DNA from: Neocallimastix sp. 'constans' | Lineage: Eukaryota | Direction: 5' to 3' | Length of the DNA: 64,000 bases | Assembly (NCBI GenBank): GCA_050613775.1 | Contig: JBODTK010000155.1 | Coordinates: forward strand, 124,001 to 188,000 | In this document: positions 46,140 through 61,220 of the stretch, in pieces | Layout: the number at the start of each line of letters is the position of its first letter | How positions within the stretch are numbered: position 1 is the first letter of the stretch | Translations under genes and position numbers: made by a program | Notes under the pieces: model-generated | What the model saw: only the letters and a program-made list of their open reading frames with translations | What the model was told of the DNA's origin: nothing | The model's database searches: none

Positions 46140-46423
46140 TTATTTATTTATATATTTATTTATTTATTTATTTATTTGTTTATTTTTTGTTTTGTTATAT
46201 TTATGTAAAACAATTAATAAAATTTGAAAAAACAAATTATAATATGAATAATTAATTTTTTTTATTCCTTATATATATGCATTTAGATGATTCCTCTTCC
46301 TCTTATTCTACTATTACTATCAGAAATCAAAACTATGATTCTAATAAATTAAGTAGAAAAAGAAAATATGATTGTCAAACAACAACCATAAATTATTCAC
46401 AACAAAAAAAAATTAAACAATAA
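43423..46423 (+). CDS. Hypothetical protein: short ordered N-terminal region, long Asn/Ser/Glu low-complexity region, C-terminal basic NLS-like motifs. Main exon 44781-46098, last exon 46287-46423, candidate ATG-only first exon 43423-43425
   Basis: Long ORF with coding-like composition. Acceptor TGAATAG ends at 44780 in frame; donor G|GTATG at 46099 joins in frame to ...RKRKYD...QKKIKQ*. The first exon is speculative; ATG 44787 is the alternative start. Confidence 0.7.
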
Positions 46424-47689
46424 GCTTTTAATAAGTAATAATTGTTAAAAATAATTATCAATATATATAATATATATCAATATACAAATAAATATTTATT
46501 TTTATAAAAATTTGAATATATTACTATTGCAAATTGTTAATTTTATTAAAATTAAAATATAAGATTTTTTTAATATGATAATCCTAAATATATATATATA
46601 TATATTTAATATTAGAATTTATTATTATAACTTATGAAATATATATATTTATATATTTTATTTTTAAATAATGAAAAATATATCTTTTTGTTTTAATATA
46701 GAGTTATTTGTTAAGTATAATAAATTAATCATTATTATTCATTAGAATATTTTAAAAAATTTATTCTTTACTTTGCTATAAATAAATAGAGAATAAAAAT
46801 AAATAAACTATTATCTTTAATAATAACTTTATTAAAAATTACTCTATATAGGGTATACTATTTAAATTATCATTATTTATTAAATTAAAATTCATAATAA
46901 AAATAAAATAAAATAAAAAATAAATTAAAAAAAAAAAAAAAAAAAAAGATAGATAAAAACTTTAAAAAGCTATTCGAATTTGTTGAAAGATTACAAAATT
47001 TTCTGAAAATATTTAATAATTATTTACGGAAGAATATAAAATTAAAATATTTAAATAATAAAAAAAGATACTGTTATTTATAATAAAATGAAAATAGAAA
47101 AAAAAAAAAAAAATAAAAAAAACATTTACCCAAAAAAATATAATACAGTAATGTAAAAATAAAAATAAAAAAAAAAAAAAAAAAAAAAAAAAATTATATA
47201 CATTTAAATTAATAATTCTATAAAAATTATTTAATTATTTTAATATTAAAATATACAATTCCATGTATTTATTATTATTATTTATTATTGTTGTTGTTAC
47301 TATGATTATTACTATGATAATTTTAATAATATTTATTATTGCTGTAATATATTTATTAAGGAGATTTATTCTTTTATTAATTGATTTAATATTAAAATTT
47401 TTATCTCTTTGGTAAAGAAGCAAAAAATATATTCTTTAACTAAATTCAATTAATATTTTTTGAAATGTTAACTATCCAAAAAGTCATTATAATAGTCTTA
47501 ATTGTGCATTAATAAATAATTATTATAATTCTGTGAAATAAAAATACTATCATTATTGTTACTTTTATTTTTTAATATAGAAATTTGTATATAACAAATA
47601 AATAAATAAATAAATATAAACAAACAAATATAAGTAAATTTGAATAGAAAAATTGAATTTTAATAGTATAAGTACTTATATTTTTTATT

Positions 47690-47786
47690 TATTAAATTAA
47701 ATATTATATTAATTTAAAAGAGAATGTATTTAAATTTTATATAGTTAACAATGGTATTAATTTCATAAAATTTGTGTTTTTATTAA

Positions 47787-47827
<41 letters not shown>

Positions 47828-48019
47828 TGGAATATAATTTATAATGTACTAGAAAACTATAAATTTTTTTTTTAAATTATTTATTAATTGAATTTCAAAT
47901 TCGTACTAATTTTTTTTTTATTAAATTAAATATTATATTAATTTAAAAGAGAATGTATTTAAATTTTATATAGTTAACAATTGAATGGTATTAATTTCAT
48001 AAATTTTGTGTTTTTATTA

Positions 48020-48054
<35 letters not shown>

Positions 48055-48152
48055 TGGAATATAATTTATAATGTACTAGAAAATTTTAAATTTTTTTTTA
48101 AATTATTTATTAATTGAATTTCAAATTCGTACTAATTTTTTTTTTTATTAAA
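47690..48152. repeat. Near-identical tandem duplication of ~230 bp
   Basis: Both copies contain AAAAGAGAATGTATTTAAATTTTATATAGTTAACAAT, a T-run, GTGGAATATAATTTATAATGTACTAGAAAA and GAATTTCAAATTCGTACTAAT. Confidence 0.9.
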
Positions 48153-48992
48153 AGAAATTTTTTACTTGTTACTTCATTTTATTATACTATTAAATTTGTT
48201 CTATATATTTTCATATTCTGAAATGAAAAAATATACTTTTAAAGTTAAAAAAAAAAAAAAAAAATTAAATTAATCATTAGATAATACTAAAATTGTTGGA
48301 ATGGAATCAATTTTAACACTAAAATATTTGTATATATTTAAATTAGACATTTTAATATTATTATTATTTTCTTTTTATTTTATTAATTTTATTATTATTT
48401 TTTATTTTTATTTTTTTATTTTATTATTCATTTATTCATTTATTCATTTTTTATTTATTTATTTTTATTTATTATTTATTTATTTTTTATTTTTTATTTT
48501 TTAATTTGCTTCAATTATTTCCAACATTATTATTATTTTTAAATTCTTTGTTTTAATTTTATTTTAATATTTTACAATGATAATGAAAGAATAATACGAG
48601 CTTTATTTTGCTTAATTTTACTAAATTTATTATAAAAATATAAATATTAATTATTTTTATTTATGTATGTTATAAAAGAAAAAAATATTCATACTTATAT
48701 ATAGTATTATATATATATATTATGTAAAGATTATTTTTGGAATCTATTATTAGTTTAAGATGTTAACCCAATAAGCTACTTTATTTTTTTTTTTTTTTAC
48801 TCAATTCATGAATAAATATAAAGTAATTAAAGTTTTTAACACCTTTAAGCTATATTAATTTTTTATTACGCCTTTTTAATTGCTTATATATTTATGTTTT
48901 TTTCAATTTTTTTTTCTTGATAGTGTATTTACATATATATTAATTAAATGACTTTCGTACATTTTAAAGCTTATTTTTTCTTCTAAATTAAT

Positions 48993-51201
<2,209 letters not shown>

Positions 51202-52565
51202 AGCGTTTTATAATAAGTTTATTAACCAAAAATAAAATATTAAAAAAAGTTCTGTTTTAAAGAAAAAAAAATTAATGGTTATTTCTGTTATTTTTAATAA
51301 CAATATAAAATATTTTTGAGAAATTATAAATAATTTTTAGTGTTATTTAAATAATATAGAAAAATAAAATAAAATTTTAATTATTTTTAATAATATTATT
51401 AATTATTAATATTTTTTATTTTAAAAGTAAATTGATTCAAATAAAATATTATTTATTATCAAAATTATATATACTATACAAATATATATTATAATATATA
51501 CTAAATTATTATTAAGGTTAAATATATCTTATTAATATTAAAAATATAAATAAATGATATTTTATTTACTTATACAAAAATAAAAATTAAATTATTAAAA
51601 TAATATTTAAAAAATTTTAGTATTGATTAAATATTTTAATTTTGTTTGTGTTTTAAAAATAATTTATATATAATATTATAATTTCATTTTTTTTATTTAT
51701 CAATCATTCAAATGGAATTACTATTATTGATATATACAACACTTCTATATATATATATTTTTTTTTCTCTTTATTTAATATAAAAAAATTTTTATATCTT
51801 TATTCCTCTACAGAATTTTATTTTTATATTATTAACATTTTTATAAAAATAAAAAAACTAGAATCGAGATTTAATAATTATTTGTTTTAGCAATTAAACT
51901 TATATGTAAAATTATGAGTATATGTAATATTTAATGAAAGTTACAGATATTTAAATTTTTAATTTTAATATTTAATTTTTTAATAAAAATTAATTATAAT
52001 TTAGATAAAAAAATTAAAAATTTTTATTATTAATTGTGTAAATTGCTGTAGTACAAAATTAACAAAATTAAATTAATTTTAACTATATTAAATTATTATT
52101 AATTTTATCTATTAAAGCAATTTAAAAAGAAAAATTTTAATACATAATCATTATGATTATCTTTAAAATACTATATGTTATAAGTCAAATTATATAGTAT
52201 TCAGACAAGAAATATATAAATCGTTAGAGTTTTAAGTCTCTTTAGCTCTTTGACAATAAACACATAATAAGCCAATTGCTAATATCAAATAAATGGTAGA
52301 AGGAAGTAATGTCACTATTTTTTTATAATATCTAACTTACTGCTAGCATGAAAAAGTATAATGGATTAGTTTCCCAGTTATCGACAAATTCTGAACTTCA
52401 AAGTATTATATAAACGATGTTTAATTGTCGTCACTTTGGAGCCTGGTAAAACTTTTATATAAAACAAAATTTTTAAATTTAATTTTAATAAAAATAATAC
52501 TTGTTTTATTAGAGTGAATTGTTTTTTAAAGAGTATATTTTTTTTGTAGGATATGTTGATATAGG

Positions 52566-53005
52566 ATGTATTTTAAATTCTTCGAGCTCTTTTTTGGTAC
52601 ATCTTTCCTTTTTTCTGGTCCTCATCTAGGTAAATTTCTATCTTATGTATCTCTTGTTCCACAACTGCTTCTTTGCTTTTCCCTGCTGCCATCTGTTGTT
52701 GAAGGAATTCCTCAACTTTTGAAGTTTAGCCACACTAGTTTGACTACTAGTTTCATTGTCTGCTACTCTTTGTTCCACTTCACCAAATCGTTTGTCCATG
52801 CTGATATGAAGTTAATCATCTAAGCTTCAATTTTTCATGAATCAGCTTTCACTTTGATTTTGCATCTCATCTGGATGTCATTTATTGTTGGTTATTAAGC
52901 AACATGGTTTTTAACTCTTTGTAAATGTAAGGATATCAGTATCGTTATAACTTGGCTGAAGTTACTCAATGGTACCTACCTTGAGTTACCATAGTGGATG
53001 ACACA
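52566..53005 (-). mobile_element. Degenerate coding-like fragment, possibly the 5' gag region of an LTR retrotransposon
   Basis: GC-enriched; the minus strand reads MDKRFGEVEQRVADNETSSQTSVAKLQK (coiled-coil-like) with stops and frameshifts; lies in a TE-rich tract. No diagnostic motif. Confidence 0.3.
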
Positions 53006-53329
53006 AATTCGAATTTTACCTTTTACCTTTTTGATAAAATAATTTAATTAATTCTTAATTAATTCATTCATTTAATTATATTTATTTAAAATATTAATAA
53101 TCATTCATTTAATTAAATTTATTTAATTATTTAATATTTATCCATTTATAATCAATCAATCATGTAATAGAATAATTTTTATCTTTGAATATAAATATAA
53201 TGTATTATTATTTTATTTTGACTCTTCAAGTTAATATTGTTTAATGTGAATAATAAATAAATAAAATATAATATAAAACCATAAAATATATAATTTTATT
53301 ATTTTTTCAATTTATTTATTTACTTCATC

Positions 53330-54880
53330 TACAACGACCTAGTGAGCAACATCACTAAAATCGTTACACTGGCACTGATGAACCAACCAATTTAAAAAAC
53401 AGGTTAGTAAAAATTACTCAATTTTAAATGATAAATCAATTACAAATGCTTCAAATACAAATAATCTTAGCAATTTAAATTCCAAACCTGATCATTAAGA
53501 AAATAAAAGTGATATAAGCAATGAAAAACCACATGAAGATTATATCAATAATGAAGAAGCCCCTGGTGAACTCAAAGATAATATGAAAAACAAGGAAAAC
53601 GTTAGCGAAACCACTACTGAAATTGTAAGTAAAGATAAAAGTAAGGAAGATAATGTTATAGTTGAGTTAAACAAAAATAAATTGAATGAAAATGCATCAA
53701 ATAATCTGAATAATTCAACAAATAAAAACGACAAAGTAAATGAAACAAATAAAAATAACTCTCTTAAAAAAATTATTAAATAGACAAAATGAATTTTGTC
53801 TAAAAGAACTAGTAACCAACATGAGTACAACACAAGAAATTATTCTGGAAATTAAAGAAAGCTTTATATAGCTTAAAACAAGCCGGACGTATGTGGAATA
53901 ACCCTTTGAATGATGAACTAATTGGAATCAGATTTAAAAGGCTTAGAAGCAAACCATGCTTATATGCATTGTTTAATAAAAAAGAGAAATTACTTGTTTC
54001 CTAGCTGTTTATGTTGATAACATACATATAACAGGAATTGAAGAAAAAATCACAAGAACAAGAAAAATTTCTGAAAGAGAAATTCCAGATTACAGATGTA
54101 GGTGAAGCCAATTTTATTATTTGAGTAAGATTTGAAAAGATTCAATATTGAAAAATACATACCTTCATTAAATATGATTCCTGTAGAAAATGAAGAAAAG
54201 AAGAAATTTAGTTCAATCAGATACAGAAAAGCAATCGGAAGTTTATTGTATCTCGCTATTTGTACACGACCTGACATATTATCCGCGTTAAGAAAAGCTA
54301 CCAGAAAATCACGAGATCCTACATATGAAGATTGGTTTAATGTTTTAAATATTTTCAGATACTTAAAAGAATAATAAAATTATGGAATAAAATTTAAATT
54401 TAATAGCGAAAAAAATTTTGAAGTACACATTGATGCAGATTTCGGAGGTGACTTAGATACGAGAAAATCAACCACTGGTTATTTAATGCTAATGAATGGA
54501 GGGCCAACAAGTTGGTACTCAAGACTACAGAGATGCGTATCCACTTCAATTGAAGAAAGTAAATATTATGCATTAGATGAATACGCTAATCAGTTTAAGA
54601 AATAATAATGTATTTAAAGAATTGAATATTAATATCAAATCTATGGTGATCAATACAGATAACAAAGCGACCATATATAATTGCAAGAATGAAACAATCA
54701 ATCCAAAATCAAAGCACAAAGATATCAAATATCATCATATAAGATATTTAGTTAGAGAATACAAAATAGACCCCTCAAGTATATAAAATCTCAAAACAAC
54801 CCTGCAGACGGTTTTACTAAATATCTAAATAACACATTGATGACAAAATTTAGAAATAACATATTGACAAATTTTTAATA
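53330..54880 (+). mobile_element. Decayed Ty1/copia pol fragment (partial reverse transcriptase plus RNase H), frameshifted
   Basis: LKKALYSLKQAGRMWN (~53852), LAVYVD (~54001), YRKAIGSLLYLAICTRPDI, DADFGGDLDTRKSTTGY, KSKHKDIKYH, NPADGFTK. Confidence 0.92.
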
Positions 54881-54904
54881 GAATGTTAAACTTTAAGGAA
54901 TAAT

Positions 54905-55421
54905 TATTAAAGTTTAATATTATTTAGTATAGTTATAAATTATTTATATAATATGTATTTGTATAATTTAATACATATGTAATAAGGATTGAATAACTTA
55001 GTAAACAAATGTATAATGTTAATAAATGCATTTCATGTATTACGAAATATTATATTCTTTGTGTTGTTATATTTGATTTATACTATATAATTACATGTAA
55101 TAATAATACGGTATTATTATTACATGTAATTATATAACTTTAAACTCTTCTATTTGCTTGTTTATCAGAGCAGCTAATTCCTTAGTTCCACCATTATTAC
55201 TGCTAGAACCCTCACCACGAACTAACTATGTTTACCACCCACATGCGTCACATTTTGCTTCTTCGGGGTCGTAGTCTTTTTACATCCCGTATCCTGGCGT
55301 CTTATACATGGTTCTTCTACGGAGATAGGGCAGCTCTATCTCCGTAGAGCTTTTTAAAGAATCATTGCTCTGGTTTTTCTTGTCGTTTATTGCATTATTT
55401 GTATTAATTTATATTATATCA
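54905..55421 (+). mobile_element. Candidate 3' LTR of the copia fragment, containing long palindromes
   Basis: Directly follows the RNase H end and a degenerate purine tract (TAAGGAA); non-coding, partly GC-rich, ends ...TATCA. No second copy in the window. Confidence 0.35.
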
Positions 55422-57032
55422 CCTAATTATAAATATAATTTATTTATATTTGATATTTATTTATTTAATTTTTATTTTATTATTTTTTTTTATAAAATAA
55501 TTTATAAAAAATAATATTTTTTAAAAATTTTAAATAATATAAAAAAATTTTTATTAAAAAAATTTTTTTTTAGTCAATATTCATATAAATTTATAAAAAA
55601 AAATGAAAGAGGATAATATAAGCAATAAATTTTTGTAATTTTGTGTAACTTTTATTAATTAAAAATCACTTTCTCCAAAAATTTATTAAAAAATTTTTAA
55701 TAATAAATTATTGACAAATTTTTGATTAATTTCTCAATTTATAGCCAAAAAAAATTTTTTTATAAATTTTATTTGGTGGCTTGTCCACTAATTTTATGGT
55801 GCTGAAAGATTAATCAAAAATTTTTCTAACTCTAAAAATAAATAATATTAATGCAAACAAAAACTTCCAACCTAATGTTAAAAGTTCTAATAAAATATTA
55901 CTACTATTTTTTTTAAAAAAAATGAATTGACTAATTAATTAAAATATTACTTAGTGTTTGATTTACTATGCTATTTATTATCAGTTATTAAATTTATAGA
56001 TTGTTACTATTGTAAAAGGCAAGTTTCATATGAACAAAAATGGCGAATTACAAATAGAACAAAGACTAAGATAGCTTAATACATCCCTATTAGAGTTGTA
56101 CTAAGAAAAATTCTTATTATCTATTAATAAATAATTGTAGTTTTAAACTTATAAAATATATTGCTGCACTATTACGCTCTATCCATTGATAGGAGGTTAC
56201 GTATACATTCAGTTCATAGAATTTATTAATAATAAAATATTTTTATTAATATAATTTATGTTAGTAGTAACGCTTGTGCGTTACTTTTTCAATTACAAGT
56301 TTTACCTATACATGTAAATATTTTTATAATTGGCCATATTTTTAATTAATGTTCATTTACTAATCATTTAACTATAAAACTATCTAACTAAGAATAAAAA
56401 TAACTAAATATAAAAATTAGTAATAAAACATAATTATGTCAATAATTATATGAAATTCAGCCATGATTTTATATATATGACAAAGTAACTGTTAAAGTTC
56501 TATATCCTCATGAATACGTTACGTAACCATGAGGATATCAAATGATAACCTTCATTTTGTCATGTATCTGTTATACACATCATGACCATCAAGCCGAATT
56601 TCCCATTTTCCAATTTATGATAGTTTTAGTTCAATGTAATCAGACTATTGTAGAAAATACTAAATTTCTTCAATTAAATTTTTGTAACCGAATGAAACTA
56701 GAAAATTTTATTTTAATAATTATTTTTATTTCTTTTTTTCTATGAGATTCATTTTCAAGAAGGAAATCTCGATTTCTTGTACTTTCATCAAATCAAATTT
56801 TTTCAGAAACGGATTTTAACGAAAAAGTATAAATATTTGTGAATTTCGAAACTAAAAATAATTTTCTCTGTGCTTTTATTAATAAATCAATAAGTAATTT
56901 GAAATATTACATGGCTAATTAATTATTATTTTTTTAATTTTTAAATATTAATAAAACTTATTTTTAATAAAGCATACTTTTACTGAGTGTACTGACCTAT
57001 CGTGTCTACCCCTACCATTACAGTAACACTGT

Positions 57033-57163
57033 ATATTATTATATTTTCTTTGTAAATAATTTTCGTCACCTTTAATGGCCAATAAAAGATCCATTTATGT
57101 TGACCATATTCTGTAATTATTTGATGTAAACAGATCTTTTGTTGAAGTGATACTAATAGTCAT
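57033..57163 (-). mobile_element. 5' fragment of a copia gag
   Basis: MTISITSTKDLFTSNNYRIWST*MDLLLAIKGDENYL resembles the copia Gag N-terminal FxxxNYxxWxxxMxxxL pattern; it has an internal stop. Confidence 0.55.
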
Positions 57164-57433
57164 TTTTCTAAAGTAAATTTTTATTATGTTTACTGAAATA
57201 TTAATTTATAAAGACCTTTCTTAAAATATCAAGTCAAGGAAACTTTTAATTTTTAAATTTTTACTTTAATAATATTTTTTTTTTTTAAGATTAATTTTTT
57301 TAATTAATTCATGAATATTTTATTTTAATTGATTACATTTTTATTTATTAAAAACATTACATGATATATTAATAATATAACTAATTGTTAAAATTAACAA
57401 AATAATAAATAAATAGTAAATAAATAATTATAT

Positions 57434-57698
57434 AATAAATAATAAATAATAAATAATAAATAATAAATAATAAATAATAAATAATAAATAATAAATAATA
57501 AATAATAAATAATAAATAATAAATAATAAATAATAAATAATAAATAATAAATAATAAATAATAAATAATAAATAATAAATAATAAATAATAAATAATAAA
57601 TAATAAATAATAAATAATAAATAATAAATAATAAATAATAAATAATAAATAATAAATAATAAATAATAAATAAATAATAAATAAATAATAAATAATAA
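57434..57698. repeat. (AAATAAT)n 7-bp minisatellite
   Basis: Seen directly; source of the spurious YYLLFII ORF. Confidence 0.95.
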
Positions 57699-57928
57699 TT
57701 GAATAATAAAAACAATAACAAAAAAATTAATATATAAAATTATAAATAATTAATAACAAATATATCAGTTCTTACATAATTTATAATTATTTATTCGTTC
57801 AAGAAATGTTAATTAAAAAATAATTTTTTGAACCTTTAGTATCATATAGTATATCTTAAATAAATAATTATTAATTTTACTACTTTATATTATTAAAAAA
57901 AAGACGTGATAGTTATTGAATTACAAAT

Positions 57929-59116
57929 ATGAATATTATAAATGAAATTCAGAAGCAAACAAAAGAAGAACCAATTCACAATGTTATAACGAATCAACAA
58001 AATAATAATATTAAAGGAAATAAAAATGAAACAAAAAAAATTTCATATATATGTTCTAATGATATGATAAAATACATGTCCTTATTGCCTTCAAATAAAA
58101 CAAGAGTATATTTCTCTAATTTCTTTTAAAATATTATATATATAATAAATATATAATATATATAATATATATATATATGATAAAATGCTATTATTTAAAA
58201 CTAAAATATTTTTTTAAAATTCTAAAAATGAAAAAATAATAAAATAAAAAATAAAATAAAATAAAATAAAATAATATAATATAATATAAAAATAAAATGA
58301 AAACCATAATAATCATTTAAGTATTTATAATGTATTATTTATTAACAAGGATTATAATATTGAAATAATTTCATTATAGTCATATTTTGTACATTCATTA
58401 ATAAGTGCATATGGGTTACTTAAAAAAATAAGGTATCTGATATAATATATATATATATAATATATATATTTATTTTTAATAATTTATTTGTTAATTAATA
58501 CATATTATTAACATTAAAGAATAATAAACCCAAAATCAGCAAATAAAAATGATTTAACAGTATTCCATTCAACAGATTATATTGGTATATATGTTATAAA
58601 TATAATTAAATTTAAAAATAATGTAAATATTTAAATGAGACTACGTTCTAAGATATTTTCAAATTTTTTATTGTATATATATATATTAATATATATATTC
58701 ATATATATATATATATATAGACTTTCTATTAAACGCCGAAAATCAAGATTTTAAAGAAAAACTGGGTAAAGAAAAATATGAAAAAAAATTGAAAGAATAT
58801 AATTTGGAAGAGTAGATATTTATAATATGTATATTTTTTTTTCTATTATAATGTATAATTAATTTTTTATCTCTAATAATTAAAATAATAAAGTGATTGT
58901 CCCATATTTAAAGGTATAACAAAATATTGTATGCTTGTTGCAGGTACAACTTTAACTGCGGTCCATGAATTAATTTCAAAAAAAAGTGATATAGTGATAA
59001 ATTGGGATGGTGGAAGGTAATATATATATACATATATATGTATAAATAATTTTATTATTATTATTATTATTATTATTATAATTATTAATTATTATTACTA
59101 TTATTATTAATTAATT

Positions 59117-59208
<92 letters not shown>

Positions 59209-60596
59209 TAATAATTATTGTTAATTATTTTTATTATTAATTATTAATTGTTATTGCATTTATTATTTATATATTATCTCTTATTAATTATTTTCTATTT
59301 ACTCTTATTTTTTTTTTATAAAAAGACATCATGCAATGGCGTAATTTTTTAATTAATGATAATAAATATAAAATATTTATTACCATCATTATTATATTAA
59401 TATAAATATTTTATATAAAAGTCAGAAAGCAAGCGGATTTTGCTATGTCAACGATATTGTTTTAGGAATGTTCAAATTAAGTCGATATTACAAAAGAATT
59501 ATGTATATTGATTTGGATATTCATCATTGTAATGGTAATTACTTAATGAATAAAGAATAAATATTATTTTATTTATAAATGATAAATCATATTAATATAT
59601 TAATATATATAATTAAATATAGGAGTTGAAGAAGCTTTTTATTATACATCAAAAGTATTGTCACTATCTATTCATAGATATGATATTGGAATTTTTCCAG
59701 GTATATTTTTACAATAATTGAAGATTACTATTATTTATACAAAAAAAAATTTCAATACATATTAATAATAAATAAAATATAGGAACAGGAGATATAAAAA
59801 GTATCGGATCAGGAAGAGGTATATATCATACTATAAATGTACCTTTACAACCTGGATTAAATAAGGTATCTTTAATGCAAATTTTTGAAAGAGCTATTAA
59901 ACCAGCAAAAGAAAGATATAATCCACAAGCTATAGTAATACAATGTGGGGGCGATGGTCTTATTGGAGATCCTTTACTACATAAAAATGATTTTGGAAAT
60001 GGTTGGAATTTAGATCTTAATAGTTATTGGGAATGTATTAATAATATATTAAAATGGGATCTTCCAACTCTTCTTTTAGGAGGGGGTAAACTTAATATTT
60101 TATTTTTTTTTTAGTTAATAATGAAGAATTGGACAAATATATATAATTATATAAAAATTAGTAAAATGAATATTAATCATATTCATTTTTATATTATTGA
60201 TATCAAATAAACAAAAAAAAATTTTTTTAATATATAATAGGTGGCTATTCAAATACAAATGTTGCTTGTTTAGATGCTTTTATTACTGCTAAAATAATCA
60301 ATGAAGAATTGGATTCAAATATTCCTGAACATAACTTATTACCATACTATAAACCAGATTTTACATTATATGAATATGTAGGTAAAATGGCTGATAAAAA
60401 TATTGAAGAATTAATTAAAATTCGTCATAAAGTACCAATTGAAAGTAAAAGTAATATGGAATCTACTTCAATAAATGAGGATTCAAATGATTTTGATAAT
60501 AAAAATTATAAATATGTAACAGAATCTATACCCTATTTAGAGTATATATTACAAGAAATTGAAAAAAATATATCAAAAATTGAAATTGTAAATTAA
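57929..60596 (+). CDS. Class I histone deacetylase, HDAC8/Hos1-like, ~10 exons including a 15-nt micro-exon
   Basis: [73 protein letters not shown]...[30 protein letters not shown]. VHSLIxAYxL is HDAC8/Hos1-like. Confidence 0.88.
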
Positions 60597-61220
60597 ATTA
60601 AATTTCCTCCAATAAAAATGAATGCTTCTTTTAGAATATAAATATTAAAGGATATAATAATTTATTATCATAAAATTATTAATAAATTAATAATTATTAT
60701 TTATACTAATATTTAAGTATTATTTCTAATTTATGCCATGTTATAATTTATTATTTTTAAGTAATATAACTTATTAACAATGCTATAAAAAATTAAATAT
60801 CATTATATATTAATAAAATTATTAATTTTATAAATAAAAAAATATTTTTTATAAAATGATAAAAATTATAATTAAAATATATTTTTACTTTCATTAAAAT
60901 TATATTAAATTTAAATATAAAATAAAATTTTTTTTTTTTTAAATTGTATTAAAAATTTAAATCAATATTCATTATATAAAAATTTCTTTTAATATTTCTG
61001 TATACTACTTTTATACTAATTCTTAATGTTTTAGATAGTCAAATATAAATTCATACTAAATTTTAAAATATTTATATGTTTATGCAAATCACTATAGTAA
61101 AAAAGAAATTAGAAAAGAAGGTTTAAATAAAATATTATTTTTTATCTTTTTTTATAAAAAAAAATATAAAAAAAAGGATAATCAAATAAAGTCTATACTT
61201 TACACTTAGAAAAATACAGA

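Noticed and set aside
52200..52455. Slightly GC-enriched patch upstream of GDI1
   Set aside because: No ORF, motif or structure recognised; probably TE debris, too weak to call.
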